This document shows, in pieces, positions 9,837 to 19,557 of a DNA stretch of 64,000 nt. The notes under the pieces are model-generated. The model saw only the letters and a program-made list of their open reading frames with translations. It was not told the origin of the DNA and ran no database searches. Positions within the stretch are counted from its first letter, which is position 1. Each line of letters starts with the position of its first letter. The stretch lies in the IMG/VR virus record IMGVR_UViG_3300028654_000001, positions 62,001 through 126,000 of that record, one strand, 5' to 3'. The position numbers were made by a program, and so were the translations under genes.

Positions 9837-10849
9837 CTAGCATCCAGTTGTACCAAGGGCTACGGATAGGCTCTGTTGAACTAGTTGCTGAGGTAGAACC
9901 CCGAGACTCCGTCGATGGATCCAAGCACTTCCGGCAATGGGAGGTGCTCTGTGATTGTGGAGGCAGGGCATACCGAACAGTAACTAGATTAGTTTATGCC
10001 CTACAAAATGACCAGGATACCTGTTGTGAGCGGTGCCTGCAGGAACTCCGCCATGGACTCTACCTTGATAAGGAAGTTCAAAAACGGAAGTCTCGCACCG
10101 CGTTCTTTTCCAAGTGGATCAAGAAAACCGGTAGCCTGTACTCCCCTCACTTCTACAAGAGTGAACTCGAGGAAAACCTCTCAGATACTATCCAAGTTGA
10201 TACTTTCTCTCTAGGCTATCAAAACTACAACACAGACTTCGACTGGGTCAACCCTGACTACCCTCAACAAGATCAATGGCTTACTCCACTCAAGAGCACT
10301 GCCGGTTGGATCTGCTACCACTGCGAAAAACCCTTCACGAACGGTTGTGGGTGCCTCCGATGCCTCATCCGCCTATGTGACTCTTGTAAGAATTCGGGCG
10401 CTCATTGCTGCCCCAGGAACTGGATAGATACCTGGAAGGGTGAGGTGAAGGACGAAGGCCTTCTCGCCCGCCGAATCCAACTACTGAACCTGAACCCACT
10501 CAAACTCACCACCCGTAAAGACATCGAAGAAGCCAAGAGGTTCTATCGGGAAAGCTACATCCAATGGAAGCATGAGCAACAGCAGATCCTAGCCAAAGAA
10601 CACCAGGACTACACCAGACGAGTTAGGAAAGAAGTGTTAGAGAGAAGAAGGGCTGACGAACTGAGAGTAGCCCAGCTGAGAGCAAATGTTAAGGCCCTAG
10701 CGGATGCTAAGAAAGCAGTCAAAAGACGTGATAGGGATGAACTCCTCAAGAGGATTGCTAAGGATAGAGCCAAAAAAAGGGCTGAGGATAAACTGAAGGG
10801 TATGCCAAAACCCAAGTATAGAAACCCCTATCTGAAGTATGACCCGTGA
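9833..10849 (+). CDS. Zn-finger protein with N-terminal W-x-x-x-CDCG module (as in phage HNH/AP2 proteins) and basic coiled-coil tail
   Basis: GLRIGSVELV...WEVLCDCGG; several CxxC pairs. Confidence 0.55.
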   Translation: MTSIQLYQGLRIGSVELVAEVEPRDSVDGSKHFRQWEVLCDCGGRAYRTVTRLVYALQNDQDTCCERCLQELRHGLYLDKEVQKRKSRTAFFSKWIKKTGSLYSPHFYKSELEENLSDTIQVDTFSLGYQNYNTDFDWVNPDYPQQDQWLTPLKSTAGWICYHCEKPFTNGCGCLRCLIRLCDSCKNSGAHCCPRNWIDTWKGEVKDEGLLARRIQLLNLNPLKLTTRKDIEEAKRFYRESYIQWKHEQQQILAKEHQDYTRRVRKEVLERRRADELRVAQLRANVKALADAKKAVKRRDRDELLKRIAKDRAKKRAEDKLKGMPKPKYRNPYLKYDP

Positions 10850-10888
10850 CCCGGTTACACCAAGCACCAACCCAACAGTGATTCTTGA

Positions 10889-11278
10889 CTACGAGAAGAA
10901 CTCTACAAGTTCAGTACCAGTCGCATAACAGGCACAGCCAAGGTAAAGTAGAATGATCCCTATCCAAATTAGTAGGATTGTACGACCAGGGCGTAGGATA
11001 ACGTGCTTGTAGAAGAGCATGGCTCCTTTGGTTATTGCTGCGAGGATACCAAAGAAGAGGAGGGTTGCTAAAAACAGAACCGGAATCAGAGGGATAAGGT
11101 AGATCGCGAAACAAATCGTGAACCAACAAGCATCGGTGGTATCCATCCTAAACAAAGGAAGCCTCTGGATATACGGGATGAGGCTCACGAACCCAAAGAG
11201 GGCACCGACAAGACCTACAAGGAGTAGGATTCCGGCGATTTTTGAGAGCTGTTCTTCCCTAAGGCCAAAAGAGGGCAT
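10889..11278 (-). CDS. Membrane protein
   Basis: Three to four hydrophobic segments. Confidence 0.65.
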   Translation of the reverse strand: MPSFGLREEQLSKIAGILLLVGLVGALFGFVSLIPYIQRLPLFRMDTTDACWFTICFAIYLIPLIPVLFLATLLFFGILAAITKGAMLFYKHVILRPGRTILLIWIGIILLYLGCACYATGTELVEFFS

Positions 11279-11286
11279 GGTAGTTG

Positions 11287-11335
11287 AACAACTTTACCCA
11301 AGTGTCAGCCAGAAATCCAGTGGTTTCAGCTATCA
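11287..11335. repeat. 49-bp direct repeat, copy 1 (copy 2 at 12422-12470)
   Basis: 44/49 identical; both copies lie 8 nt upstream of a minus-strand ATG. Confidence 0.85.
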
Positions 11336-11409
11336 ACTTAGGAGCCTGCTTCTTTGGATCAATCCACATTACCGCCGCAGGTGCCTCGACCCTCATCGTA
11401 ACCATCTTG

Positions 11410-11443
11410 GTGAGATCGGAACTCCTCAAACGTAATACTGAGC
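11410..11443 (+). promoter_or_regulatory. Class-1 promoter GTGAGA-N17-TAATAC-TGAGC-ATG
   Basis: Consensus copy. Confidence 0.75.
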
Positions 11444-11689
11444 ATGACCCAAGACATTACAACCCAGCAGTTCGAAGAACAGTTCGGTATAGCCCCGGAG
11501 CAGGATGACCTCGAAAGAGCCAACTGCCCTGAAGCGGGCCTTCCAGGTCACAAGCAGTGTGGTGTATGCAAGGAACACAAGAAACCGAGGTTCCTCTGCG
11601 GATGCTACATCTCTGTAGTGAAGCCCTACGAAAGCCAAAGGGCCGCCATAGGGACGGCTAACCAGATGACCAAGAAAACTGAGGGGTAG
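11444..11689 (+). CDS. Cys-containing phage hypothetical protein
   Basis: DDLERANC...GHKQCGVC; leaderless start. Confidence 0.75.
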   Translation: MTQDITTQQFEEQFGIAPEQDDLERANCPEAGLPGHKQCGVCKEHKKPRFLCGCYISVVKPYESQRAAIGTANQMTKKTEG

Positions 11690-11806
11690 ACACGCTGGTG
11701 TCCACCCAAAAGAACTGACCACTGCTAAAGCTCTCGAACGAAAGGGCCTCATCGTCCTACATGTGATCTCAACCGCCAGCAAGGACTATTACGAAGCTGA
11801 GCTAAT

Positions 11807-12007
11807 CTAATCCTCCTTCGATAGGATCCTCTCGAATCGAGTCGGCCTCTCAAAAAAGTGCTCTGAGCACCCATCCATCTCGTGTAACTTCCAGCAAGTC
11901 TCATTGACCTGAGACAATGCCGTTCGCTTGCCATCCAACACAGGAATGAAAACCGACTCCCGAGTCCTGTACCGGTAGCAGTTGGAACAGGAACGAGATT
12001 CAGTCAC
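11807..12007 (-). CDS. Small Cys-rich protein with PTRFERIL tag
   Basis: CSNC...C...C, ends ERPTRFERILSKED. Confidence 0.75.
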   Translation of the reverse strand: MTESRSCSNCYRYRTRESVFIPVLDGKRTALSQVNETCWKLHEMDGCSEHFFERPTRFERILSKED

Positions 12008-12413
12008 CCTCCAAAGCCTTCCCCAGCTTCTCCCACGCTTCCATAGCCGTAGCCGGAACCTCCTTCAGCCTGTTCTCCATCCGAATGAAGTCATTGAAGA
12101 GCCGGAACGCCTCCTGTGCTGCCTCAGTTACCTCATAAAAGTCAAGCTGAAACACCAGCTTCGAATCATTGAGCTGCCTCAGAAAGTCATCAACCTCTGC
12201 CCACTTCTCCTCTGAAAGCTCCTTGGAAAATGGAAAGCAAACCATCTGATCGTCAGGGTTCCCTTCCATATTACCGCTGAATGTCACCTTGCATCGATCA
12301 GCTATCCGATCACAGATAACCTTTAACTGATCCATAGGCGGATGCTCCGCATCTACCCCCTCAACAATGAATCGGTCCGCCTCTATGCTGAGAAGAATCC
12401 TCTTCTTTGGCAT
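12000..12413 (-). CDS. Hypothetical protein
   Basis: 137-aa ORF coupled to 11807..12007. Confidence 0.7.
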   Translation of the reverse strand: MPKKRILLSIEADRFIVEGVDAEHPPMDQLKVICDRIADRCKVTFSGNMEGNPDDQMVCFPFSKELSEEKWAEVDDFLRQLNDSKLVFQLDFYEVTEAAQEAFRLFNDFIRMENRLKEVPATAMEAWEKLGKALEGD

Positions 12414-12421
12414 GATTACTC

Positions 12422-12470
12422 AACAACCTTACCTAAGTGTCAGCCAGAAGTCCAGTTGTTTTAGCTATCA
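12422..12470. repeat. 49-bp direct repeat, copy 2
   Basis: See 11287-11335. Confidence 0.85.
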
Positions 12471-12704
12471 GATGCCTCTAGATCAATAGACCTAACTTAG
12501 AAGTTTTTGTTGAGATTCATGGGTCAGGAGCGTATTACATGGGACTCAGTTGATCCGATCCCCAAGGTGTAAGCTGAAGGTTAGAACTACCTATTGCCCA
12601 CCGACGCTGAATAAACCTGCCAGAATACGAGTACTTCGGGGAGAGGTACAAGGGTATCCTACGTAACCAAAGACGGGGAAGAAATACTTGTTCGAGATTA
12701 GCTG

Positions 12705-13010
12705 ATGACCGAGTATGACTTTGACCAGGATGAACTGATGTTTCCGATTAGTTGGCCGGAGTGCCCTAAGCTACAGAACATGCTTCCATCTAGAGCCAAG
12801 CAGGTTCTCATCGAGCACTTCATCCACGTAATGGAATCAGTACCTCTTGGTTTCAGTGGTACTACCCAGTTCACATTCCCCGACGCAATGCTAACCGTAG
12901 ATCAGCTCCACGATGAGTGGGTCCGAAAGATAGCCCCGACCTGCTATGACGAGGCTCTGAAGTTGTTTAGGGCCAAGAAATTCAGTGAGATCAAGGCCCC
13001 TCATCCGTAA
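12705..13010 (+). CDS. Hypothetical protein
   Basis: 101-aa ORF. Confidence 0.6.
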   Translation: MTEYDFDQDELMFPISWPECPKLQNMLPSRAKQVLIEHFIHVMESVPLGFSGTTQFTFPDAMLTVDQLHDEWVRKIAPTCYDEALKLFRAKKFSEIKAPHP

Positions 13011-13018
13011 TACTGAGC
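12985..13018 (+). promoter_or_regulatory. Class-1 promoter
   Basis: GTGAGA-N17-TAATAC-TGAGC-ATG. Confidence 0.75.
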
Positions 13019-13288
13019 ATGGCAACCAACAGCGAAATTCATGAGTTCCTAGTCAACCTAGACACTGACAAGGAATTCCAATCAGTTGGGATAGAAAGCG
13101 TCGAGATCCTCAATGATGGGTGGCTTGTCACGCGCTCTGATGGTTTTTGGTTACATGTCACCAACGATATTGAAAAAGTTGCTCCTATTCCAGGTGAAAC
13201 CATGATTTGCTATGGGGCTGGGATCAAGAGCCCCGTCCGAGGGATAGTAATTAGTGGACGAGTGTATCGATACGAAGCCCCTTGGTAG
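13019..13288 (+). CDS. Hypothetical protein
   Basis: Leaderless start after promoter. Confidence 0.7.
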   Translation: MATNSEIHEFLVNLDTDKEFQSVGIESVEILNDGWLVTRSDGFWLHVTNDIEKVAPIPGETMICYGAGIKSPVRGIVISGRVYRYEAPW

Positions 13289-13339
13289 ACTGGTGAGATT
13301 AAACAAGCCTTCCAGGTTAGGGCTGGATCTCTTGAGTTG

Positions 13340-13594
13340 TCATCGGGACTCCACAATCCCAGATTGCCTCAAGTGATCTACCTGCTCTCGCCAAGCACGA
13401 AGACCATCTTCAATCTGTTCAGCTAGTCGGAGACCCGTTTCGTTGGGCATCAAATGAAACTCAACTCTACTATTCTCGTCATCGGTAGTGTCCTCACCAA
13501 GTATGGAAAGGATGGCATGACCCGAGGCTTTCATCTCAAGGAATACTGAATTCCCGTTGTGGTCGGTCACATCTTCTAATAGATCAGATGGCAT
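13340..13594 (-). CDS. Hypothetical protein
   Basis: GGTGTA 10 nt upstream of the ATG. Confidence 0.65.
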   Translation of the reverse strand: MPSDLLEDVTDHNGNSVFLEMKASGHAILSILGEDTTDDENSRVEFHLMPNETGLRLAEQIEDGLRAWREQVDHLRQSGIVESR

Positions 13595-13689
13595 TCTGGT
13601 TACCTACACCTTTAGAACCTCTTCCACATTCTCAACTACAAGCCGGTCTGAATTAGCACTAAGGATCAGCTTCTCGTTTGGCATTCAAA

Positions 13690-13923
13690 TCACTGGGTCC
13701 CGCTCAAAGCCTTCCAACCGATCACATCCCAGTTGAAGTCAATTTCCGAGTTGTCGTCTGCAGTCCTCCAAAAACAATCACTCTCATCCACATGAACTAG
13801 AACCGCCTCGACGAGCTTTCCTGTGGTGGCCCCTTTGAGAAGAGCTCTCACAGGAACACCAACCTCAGGACTTTGCTTCTTTGGATCAATCCACATTTGC
13901 TTGGACCTACGAGGGCTTATCAA
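13690..13923 (-). CDS. DUF551-like phage protein
   Basis: MWIDPKKQSPEVG...VIGWKAL pattern. Confidence 0.5.
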   Translation of the reverse strand: MISPRRSKQMWIDPKKQSPEVGVPVRALLKGATTGKLVEAVLVHVDESDCFWRTADDNSEIDFNWDVIGWKALSGTQ

Positions 13924-14263
13924 GAACTACTTTTCTTGACCCCTCATAAGCCTCTACCCTGGCCTCAAGTCGGGCCGCCAAAGCCGCTATGGTGGATTCA
14001 CACTCGAGCTTCAAAGACAACGTAGCCGCTACCTGAAGTACTTCCAGATTCCCCTCCACCCACTGACGAAGCTCAAGAGCGGCTAACTCCTGATGACTCG
14101 GGTCATGATCCTGATCCTTATCCAAAGGTGTCGTAATAATACGGGTCAACCCGTCCTCCAAGGTGAAACCACCCTTGACCTCGAAGAATGCCATGTACTT
14201 GAATGTGGGGGTCTCCCCAGAAATGGTCACTAGATTCTTGGAAATTAAAACTTGGTGCATCAC
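13907..14263 (-). CDS. Hypothetical protein
   Basis: Overlapping minus-strand operon 14496>13690. Confidence 0.6.
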   Translation of the reverse strand: MMHQVLISKNLVTISGETPTFKYMAFFEVKGGFTLEDGLTRIITTPLDKDQDHDPSHQELAALELRQWVEGNLEVLQVAATLSLKLECESTIAALAARLEARVEAYEGSRKVVLDKPS

Positions 14264-14496
14264 TCCTCAAGTCTATCCTTGGCTCGTACCCCATCCCAGG
14301 CTGTCTTCAATAGATCCGAGATGTCATACCGATGCATCCCATAAAAACCCTTCTCACTTAGCTGAGGGTGATTCTCACCCCCTACCCCAGCAAGTCGAAG
14401 GAATCGATGACAATCGTGAGAACTGAATAAAGCAAGCTCAGTATCACAATGAAGCTCAACGTAGCCAAGGAAGTCCCGATCTGAATCTTCAGCCAT
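14260..14496 (-). CDS. Hypothetical protein
   Basis: 78-aa ORF, ATGA overlap. Confidence 0.6.
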   Translation of the reverse strand: MAEDSDRDFLGYVELHCDTELALFSSHDCHRFLRLAGVGGENHPQLSEKGFYGMHRYDISDLLKTAWDGVRAKDRLEE

Positions 14497-15012
14497 CGCA
14501 GCCTGAGGCTACCCCAAAGAACTGAAAATTACAAGAGTCACCGGACATTTAGGACCTTTCCCAAAACTAGGGGTTGGTGGGGTCAGGTCCTCGAACCTCC
14601 CACACCAAACCCAGGGAAGGGTCCACCGGGTGGCTAGCTAATCAAAAAGTATTTTGGTGAGATCCGAGCCCCTCATCCGTAATACTGAGGGTGCTGCTCA
14701 AAAGCATATAACCCATGATGGGAGATAAGGGTCGGGGTACTCACCATGATAAAGCCACTGCCAATCAACCGTAGCCTCAGAGAAGTTGTATGGGAGACAC
14801 GGGACACCGTAACCATAGGACTCGGATCGAAGACTGCTGGTATTACAGTGAGGGATAGAAACCTTCGTACAGTACAGTGCCTGCTCACGGTTCAGTTGAT
14901 TGACTACCTGTTGGAGCAGCTATTAGTAGCACGGGCTCACTTGGTCACGAATAATACTCAAACCGGTCCGGCCATTCCAACTTTGGTCTCATTGACCGCC
15001 GTAAAGTAAACG

Positions 15013-15822
15013 ATGTCACCGAGTACGCTACCTTGCCCTCCACTCGAATCGTCTACTCAATCAAGTCCTTCATGGCCTATAGGGTTACACCAGGAGTATT
15101 CCTCCTCTCCCAGTGGCCGTAGTAGCCACCCAGTGGCCAACTTCTCCAAACCCGCCAGCCTCCGCTCCCAAGGCTTCAGCCTAAGACAAGTCTCAAAACT
15201 CACCAGCCTCCACCGGGAAACTCAACTTCCCCACGCCCGTCATAAAGGAAACTCCGGCAAAGCCGGACGGCTTTGCCTCAGACCCAAAGCCAAAATCCAA
15301 GAACTCTTCCAAGATAACTTACCACTCGTCACCTTCGAAGCCGCCAGAGCCCTCAAAAAAGTTCACCACGTCTATGACCTCAAAACCCTCATCCACTTTG
15401 GGTCAATCGGCCTCTGGGACGCCTGCAGGCGCTTCACCGGCGATGAACCCTCATTTCAATCCTATGCCCGTGTCCGCGTCCGGGGGCAAATCTGGGACGA
15501 GATCCGAACCGAATCTCATATCCCCCGCCGAATGATCCGGCCAGATAAAAAACCAACCTTCAACAACATCGACTCCGTTGTCCTCGAATCCCACAACCCA
15601 ACCCCAGAACACCTCCTCCATCTCAAAAACATCCTCCTACAAGTAGACTCTATCCCCTTCACCGACCGAGAACGCCAAGTCATTGACGCCCTCGCCTCCG
15701 GTCAATCACTAGGTGACCTCGCCCTCGCTTGGGGTACCTCCCAACCCTTCGTCAGCCAAATCAAAACTAGAGCCCTCCTCAAGATTGCTGACCTCGCCCA
15801 CAAGGCTGACCTGGATCCATAA
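15013..15822 (+). CDS. RNA polymerase sigma factor, FliA/WhiG-like region 2 plus region 4; start uncertain
   Basis: LIHFGSIGLWDACRRF...FQSYARVRVRGQIWDEIR (region 2); TDRERQVI...SLGDLALAWGTSQPFVSQIKTRALLKI (region 4 HTH). Confidence 0.85.
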   Translation: MSPSTLPCPPLESSTQSSPSWPIGLHQEYSSSPSGRSSHPVANFSKPASLRSQGFSLRQVSKLTSLHRETQLPHARHKGNSGKAGRLCLRPKAKIQELFQDNLPLVTFEAARALKKVHHVYDLKTLIHFGSIGLWDACRRFTGDEPSFQSYARVRVRGQIWDEIRTESHIPRRMIRPDKKPTFNNIDSVVLESHNPTPEHLLHLKNILLQVDSIPFTDRERQVIDALASGQSLGDLALAWGTSQPFVSQIKTRALLKIADLAHKADLDP

Positions 15823-15830
15823 GTCGTGGA

Positions 15831-16043
15831 TCAATCCTCTTCCTGGAGAATTCTCTCGAATCGCGTCGGGTATAGAGGCCTTGGATAGGGCAGGTATCTT
15901 AAACAACTCCTGATCTCTACGAACTCTAGGGGGCTGATTCTTTCCTCGCACCTTCGTTGCTTGAACTGACGCCCGTTGCCGGTGTCGACTAGCTCAAGCA
16001 CCCAGTGCTGGCAGTTGTCACAAGGGCAGGGAGGGTTTGGCAT
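15831..16043 (-). CDS. Small Cys-rich protein with PTRFERIL tag
   Basis: In-frame ATG 16043 (MPNPPCPCDNC), ends LYPTRFERILQEED. Confidence 0.75.
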   Translation of the reverse strand: MPNPPCPCDNCQHWVLELVDTGNGRQFKQRRCEERISPLEFVEIRSCLRYLPYPRPLYPTRFERILQEED

Positions 16044-16221
16044 CCTCATCCTCTTGAGGGAGTGGCTCTTGCCGGGGACCTCCGACGACTTGTTTAAACT
16101 CGAGAATGTAGGGACACTCTCGTATGATGAGAGTGTCAGTCCTCGGAGGAACAAGTCCCAAACTGCAAAGCTCTTCCTTCCACCGTTGACATCGATTACA
16201 AGGTCTCGGATCCTTTGGCAT
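16018..16221 (-). CDS. Small Cys-rich protein (same type, no tag)
   Basis: MPKDPRPCNRC...C...C; CTCTATGGTAG upstream, as at 20869. Confidence 0.65.
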   Translation of the reverse strand: MPKDPRPCNRCQRWKEELCSLGLVPPRTDTLIIRECPYILEFKQVVGGPRQEPLPQEDEDAKPSLPL

Positions 16222-16230
16222 CTGAGAAGG

Positions 16231-16262
16231 CTACCATAGAGAGCAGTTTCGGTGTAATGTCC
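16231..16262. promoter_or_regulatory. Conserved divergent-promoter cassette (second copy at 20876-20907)
   Basis: ctaccatagag-N9-ggtgta-n-tgtcc in both places. Confidence 0.6.
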
Positions 16263-16346
16263 TTTCATGTTGTGGACAATTATTGTATACGCCTTCGGTT
16301 GTTTAACTGGCTGGTATGTTCGTAAGATCTTGGAATAAGTGGCCTA

Positions 16347-16625
16347 ATGGTCGAAGATGAAGATGACATCGAGTCCTACTGGGAGGACATCCGGTTTTAC
16401 CCGCCGGAACCGGTGGACCCTATCATCAAGCTTCGAGCAGAGGAGCAGGCCAGGGAGGCCCTAGCCGAAGAGCTGGGTGAAGACGCCTACGACTTCCGGC
16501 ACCTTCCCTTCGAACGATTCCTCGAAGTCATGCGTTCCATTCGGGCTAGCCGGATGGAGTCAACCTTGATTCGAGACCTTCATGAGCGGCCTGGACCCCG
16601 AGACGGGATAACTAGACGTGGCTGA
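16347..16625 (+). CDS. DIESYW-family protein (short)
   Basis: MVEDEDDIESYWEDIRFYPP. Confidence 0.7.
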   Translation: MVEDEDDIESYWEDIRFYPPEPVDPIIKLRAEEQAREALAEELGEDAYDFRHLPFERFLEVMRSIRASRMESTLIRDLHERPGPRDGITRRG

Positions 16626-17160
16626 CGATGACATTGAATCCTACTGGGAAGGGATCAGACCCCCTCGAACTCCAGTTGGGGCTCGTAGAGAGTCTGGTCA
16701 CCTCACTACTTCTGGGGAGCAGTACCTGAGAAATCAACTAGCTGAAGTTGAAGAAAGGGCCTCTCTAATTAGAGACCAACTTCCGATCGAAGACCAGCAG
16801 CAAGGCTTAGTTCAAAATAGGTATGCTGATCGTCTCAGAGATCAGATAAACCAAGGACCCACCACTATACGGCAAGACCGCCTGGGGCGGCATCTGCAAT
16901 CCCATCTGGATAATCTCAGAAGACCGGGCTCCTTCGAGCATCCAACAGCCCCCGCTGTGCTACCAAGAACCCCCGAGGAGGACCTCTTCAACAATCTCAC
17001 CAATGCCCTCGCCGCTCTTGGGTTCCCTCCACAATCAATTAACCTCGAGAGTGACTTCGGTGAAGGCTTCTCCCTGACCATCACCATGTCCCCAAGCTAC
17101 GAATTCGAAACATCCTCTGACTCCGACGAGGTTTCCGTCACCTTCTCACATAGACACTAA
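16618..17160 (+). CDS. DIESYW-family protein
   Basis: MADDDIESYWEGIRPP; C-terminal LAALGFPPQSI...SLTITM. Confidence 0.8.
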   Translation: MADDDIESYWEGIRPPRTPVGARRESGHLTTSGEQYLRNQLAEVEERASLIRDQLPIEDQQQGLVQNRYADRLRDQINQGPTTIRQDRLGRHLQSHLDNLRRPGSFEHPTAPAVLPRTPEEDLFNNLTNALAALGFPPQSINLESDFGEGFSLTITMSPSYEFETSSDSDEVSVTFSHRH

Positions 17161-17169
17161 GTCAGGTTA

Positions 17170-18183
17170 TTATACTCCTAGTCCAGCTTCTCGCCACCGG
17201 AGCTTGAACTCCTGAATTAACTCAGCTCCACGCGTCCCCTCCTCAGCCCTGAATTCCTCTATCAGGTAGTGTTCCCCAGCTACATGAGTATAATCCTTTG
17301 GGTAAGCCCATCTACAACCACGACAAACATCAGGATCGTTGTTGTGGCACTTTGAACAAACATCTTCCTTATTTGTATTGTGGGAGGGGCACAGCAACAT
17401 TAGCGCCGATAACCCCTCTGCTCTGAAAACTGAGTTATCTACAATCCTCCAATGTATCCGGTGATCTCCTTGAAGGTTGTCAGTATCACCACAGAATTCG
17501 CACTTACCCCCATACATAGATATCAGAGCTTCCTTCTCTTTTCTACTAAGAGGGTACCTGCCTTCCCGAACCCTAGTAAACTTATCCGGGTCAAACTCAT
17601 ATCGAGTGGTCTGTCTACCATCAACAGTAAGGGATCTCCTTCGAAGAGGGATCCCATAATCCTCAAGTTCGTTGATCGCCCTCTCATCCCGTTCTTCCCG
17701 AACCTCTAAAGAAGTAACAAACCCCTTCTGTAGAATCAGATCACGAATGATGTTACACCTAGGATTGCGCTGTACTCTTCCAGTCTTGGGGGACCTCCTA
17801 GGGGCCAGAAGAGCATCAACAAAGGCTACGGAAGCCTCTGTCATGAGATCTTCTACTACAGTACGATTCGCCGAGGGTACCGCCGCCAAGATCCTTTCAA
17901 CTTGCTCGGATGCCTCAGGCCCGTAAATCCTCCCAATGGGCTCCACAGGAAAAGAACTCTCATCAATCTCCTCATCCCCATCAGGGAACTCAGAATCAAC
18001 TTTCGATCCCTTGCTGAAAAGATCCTTTAGGATCTCATCTTCGTCATCTGACATACTTGAGTACGCAGAAGTTGACCCCCCTTGACAACCATCACAGATA
18101 AACTTCAAGTCATCGGGTAAGCGATCCCCCTGAAGATAAGTCTTCCCACACACTTCACATGTTTTTTCAAAAGGTACAGGCAT
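17170..18183 (-). CDS. HNH endonuclease, KpnI-like restriction-enzyme family
   Basis: GIPL...DGR, CEFCG..LQGDHR, LMLLCPSHNTNK, CSKC..CRGCRWAYPKDYTHVA; N-terminal Zn ribbon. Confidence 0.7.
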   Translation of the reverse strand: MPVPFEKTCEVCGKTYLQGDRLPDDLKFICDGCQGGSTSAYSSMSDDEDEILKDLFSKGSKVDSEFPDGDEEIDESSFPVEPIGRIYGPEASEQVERILAAVPSANRTVVEDLMTEASVAFVDALLAPRRSPKTGRVQRNPRCNIIRDLILQKGFVTSLEVREERDERAINELEDYGIPLRRRSLTVDGRQTTRYEFDPDKFTRVREGRYPLSRKEKEALISMYGGKCEFCGDTDNLQGDHRIHWRIVDNSVFRAEGLSALMLLCPSHNTNKEDVCSKCHNNDPDVCRGCRWAYPKDYTHVAGEHYLIEEFRAEEGTRGAELIQEFKLRWREAGLGV

Positions 18184-18273
18184 TTAGAACTTCTCCTTAC
18201 TTCTGCTTGTGAGATTCAGATAGGTTGGGTGAAGTTGGAAGACACCAACTGATTCAAAGTAGCTCATGGGACC

Positions 18274-18313
18274 AAAAACCGCCGTTAGATGGGGCTTTTC
18301 AATCTAACGGCGG
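18274..18313 (-). terminator. Intrinsic terminator after the ParB-like gene
   Basis: 12-bp stem CCGCCGTTAGAT/ATCTAACGGCGG followed by T5 on the minus strand. Confidence 0.75.
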
Positions 18314-18332
18314 AAGTCAACAAACCCTCAGG

Positions 18333-19073
18333 TCAATTGATCCACTGGCTTGGATCGAAGTCCTTGCTCTGCCGAATCGAAGAGATGAACCTCCGAACCG
18401 AGTACACCCCCTTGGAACAAGTTTTCAACCATGCCTTGGCTTGAGCCTGACGTTTGGAGGATACCATGAGATACTCACCTATCTCCAGCAAGTCAGGACT
18501 CTCATCCTTCTTTTTAGAAGCTTGATTCGCCTTGATCAGAGTGTTTTCGAAAATCTCATGAAGGGCTTTGATCGTCTGCTGTATTGCCGGAGATGTTTTG
18601 CCTTTCCTCCCAATGTCAACAGCTCGAGTCTTGCCAAAAATAGTTACCATCCCACGAATGTGAGCCTCCAACGTCCGAGACCCTCTCCCAATCACCTTGA
18701 CATGATGATCCCTCTGACTAGCCGCGATCGTTGCCCAGGATTGAAAGTGATGCTCCGCAGTATAATGTACAGTCCCACTATTCAAAAGAGCTATCAAGTC
18801 CTCGGCCGCTAGCAAACTCTCCGCTACATAACAAAGAACTGAATCATACCCAAGAACCTCGGCTGCAGCCCGCCTCCGATGACCATCACAAATGATGTAC
18901 ATCCCAGGTTCATTAGCCCTAACTACCACCAAAGGACTAATAAGTTCACTCTCCTTAATCAACTGAGTCAGAGGCGTCTTCTCTGTAATACTCTTATGAC
19001 GCTGCTCCGGCTGAATGCTGTTAGCCAGTAACTTGCTCAACGGAATCTCGATTACCTCAGGCTTCTTTTTCAC
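18333..19073 (-). CDS. ParB/Srx N-terminal-domain protein
   Basis: IPLSKL..NSIQP, LISPLVV, YIICDGHRRRAAA. Confidence 0.8.
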   Translation of the reverse strand: MKKKPEVIEIPLSKLLANSIQPEQRHKSITEKTPLTQLIKESELISPLVVVRANEPGMYIICDGHRRRAAAEVLGYDSVLCYVAESLLAAEDLIALLNSGTVHYTAEHHFQSWATIAASQRDHHVKVIGRGSRTLEAHIRGMVTIFGKTRAVDIGRKGKTSPAIQQTIKALHEIFENTLIKANQASKKKDESPDLLEIGEYLMVSSKRQAQAKAWLKTCSKGVYSVRRFISSIRQSKDFDPSQWIN

Positions 19074-19557
19074 AGTTTACCTCGTATTGAAATGGCTTCG
19101 AAGAGCCGACCCTTTTGATTGTCTTGTTCGGTAGAAGAACGTTGTTGATGATCTGTTTCACAACCCGAACATCTGCCTCTAGGTAGCTTCCTAACTGCTC
19201 TGCTGTCCAAGCCGGGTGATCAATAAGAGTCAAACAAATAGACTCACCTGTCACAGGATCCGGAGGTACTGACCTAGGGGTCTTCACAGGTAACTTCCCA
19301 CCTGCCCCATTCGTAGGCTTCCCCAACTCAAGCCCCCTCTGAGTCCCTGCTGGCCTCCCAGGGGGCCTCTTCTGAATTGGTTCTGTAGATTCCATATCTA
19401 TGGTTCTACAAAGCGCAGTGCAAATCATAGTTACACATGCTTCGTGTCCAAGATTCCCAACCAGAATCTCCAAACACTCTTCTGAAGAATACTTGCGAAG
19501 AGGTTTCCCATCAACTGTGATATTAGGGAATGGTTTTCCTTGATGCTTGTCAATCAT
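19057..19557 (-). CDS. Putative DNA-binding protein (AT-hook-like plus winged HTH)
   Basis: KRPPGRP; WTAEQLGSYLEADVRVVKQII...KRVG..PFQY. Confidence 0.55.
   Translation of the reverse strand: MIDKHQGKPFPNITVDGKPLRKYSSEECLEILVGNLGHEACVTMICTALCRTIDMESTEPIQKRPPGRPAGTQRGLELGKPTNGAGGKLPVKTPRSVPPDPVTGESICLTLIDHPAWTAEQLGSYLEADVRVVKQIINNVLLPNKTIKRVGSSKPFQYEVNCEKEA

Noticed and set aside
14568-14615. tRNA-like GGTTCGA and CCACCA on the minus strand
   Set aside because: Forms only a single hairpin; no D or anticodon arms
15100-15800. Strongly G-poor plus strand in the sigma gene as a foreign insert
   Set aside because: The same C/A-rich coding-strand bias is seen on minus-strand genes at 31.4-34.2 kb, so it is likely codon bias
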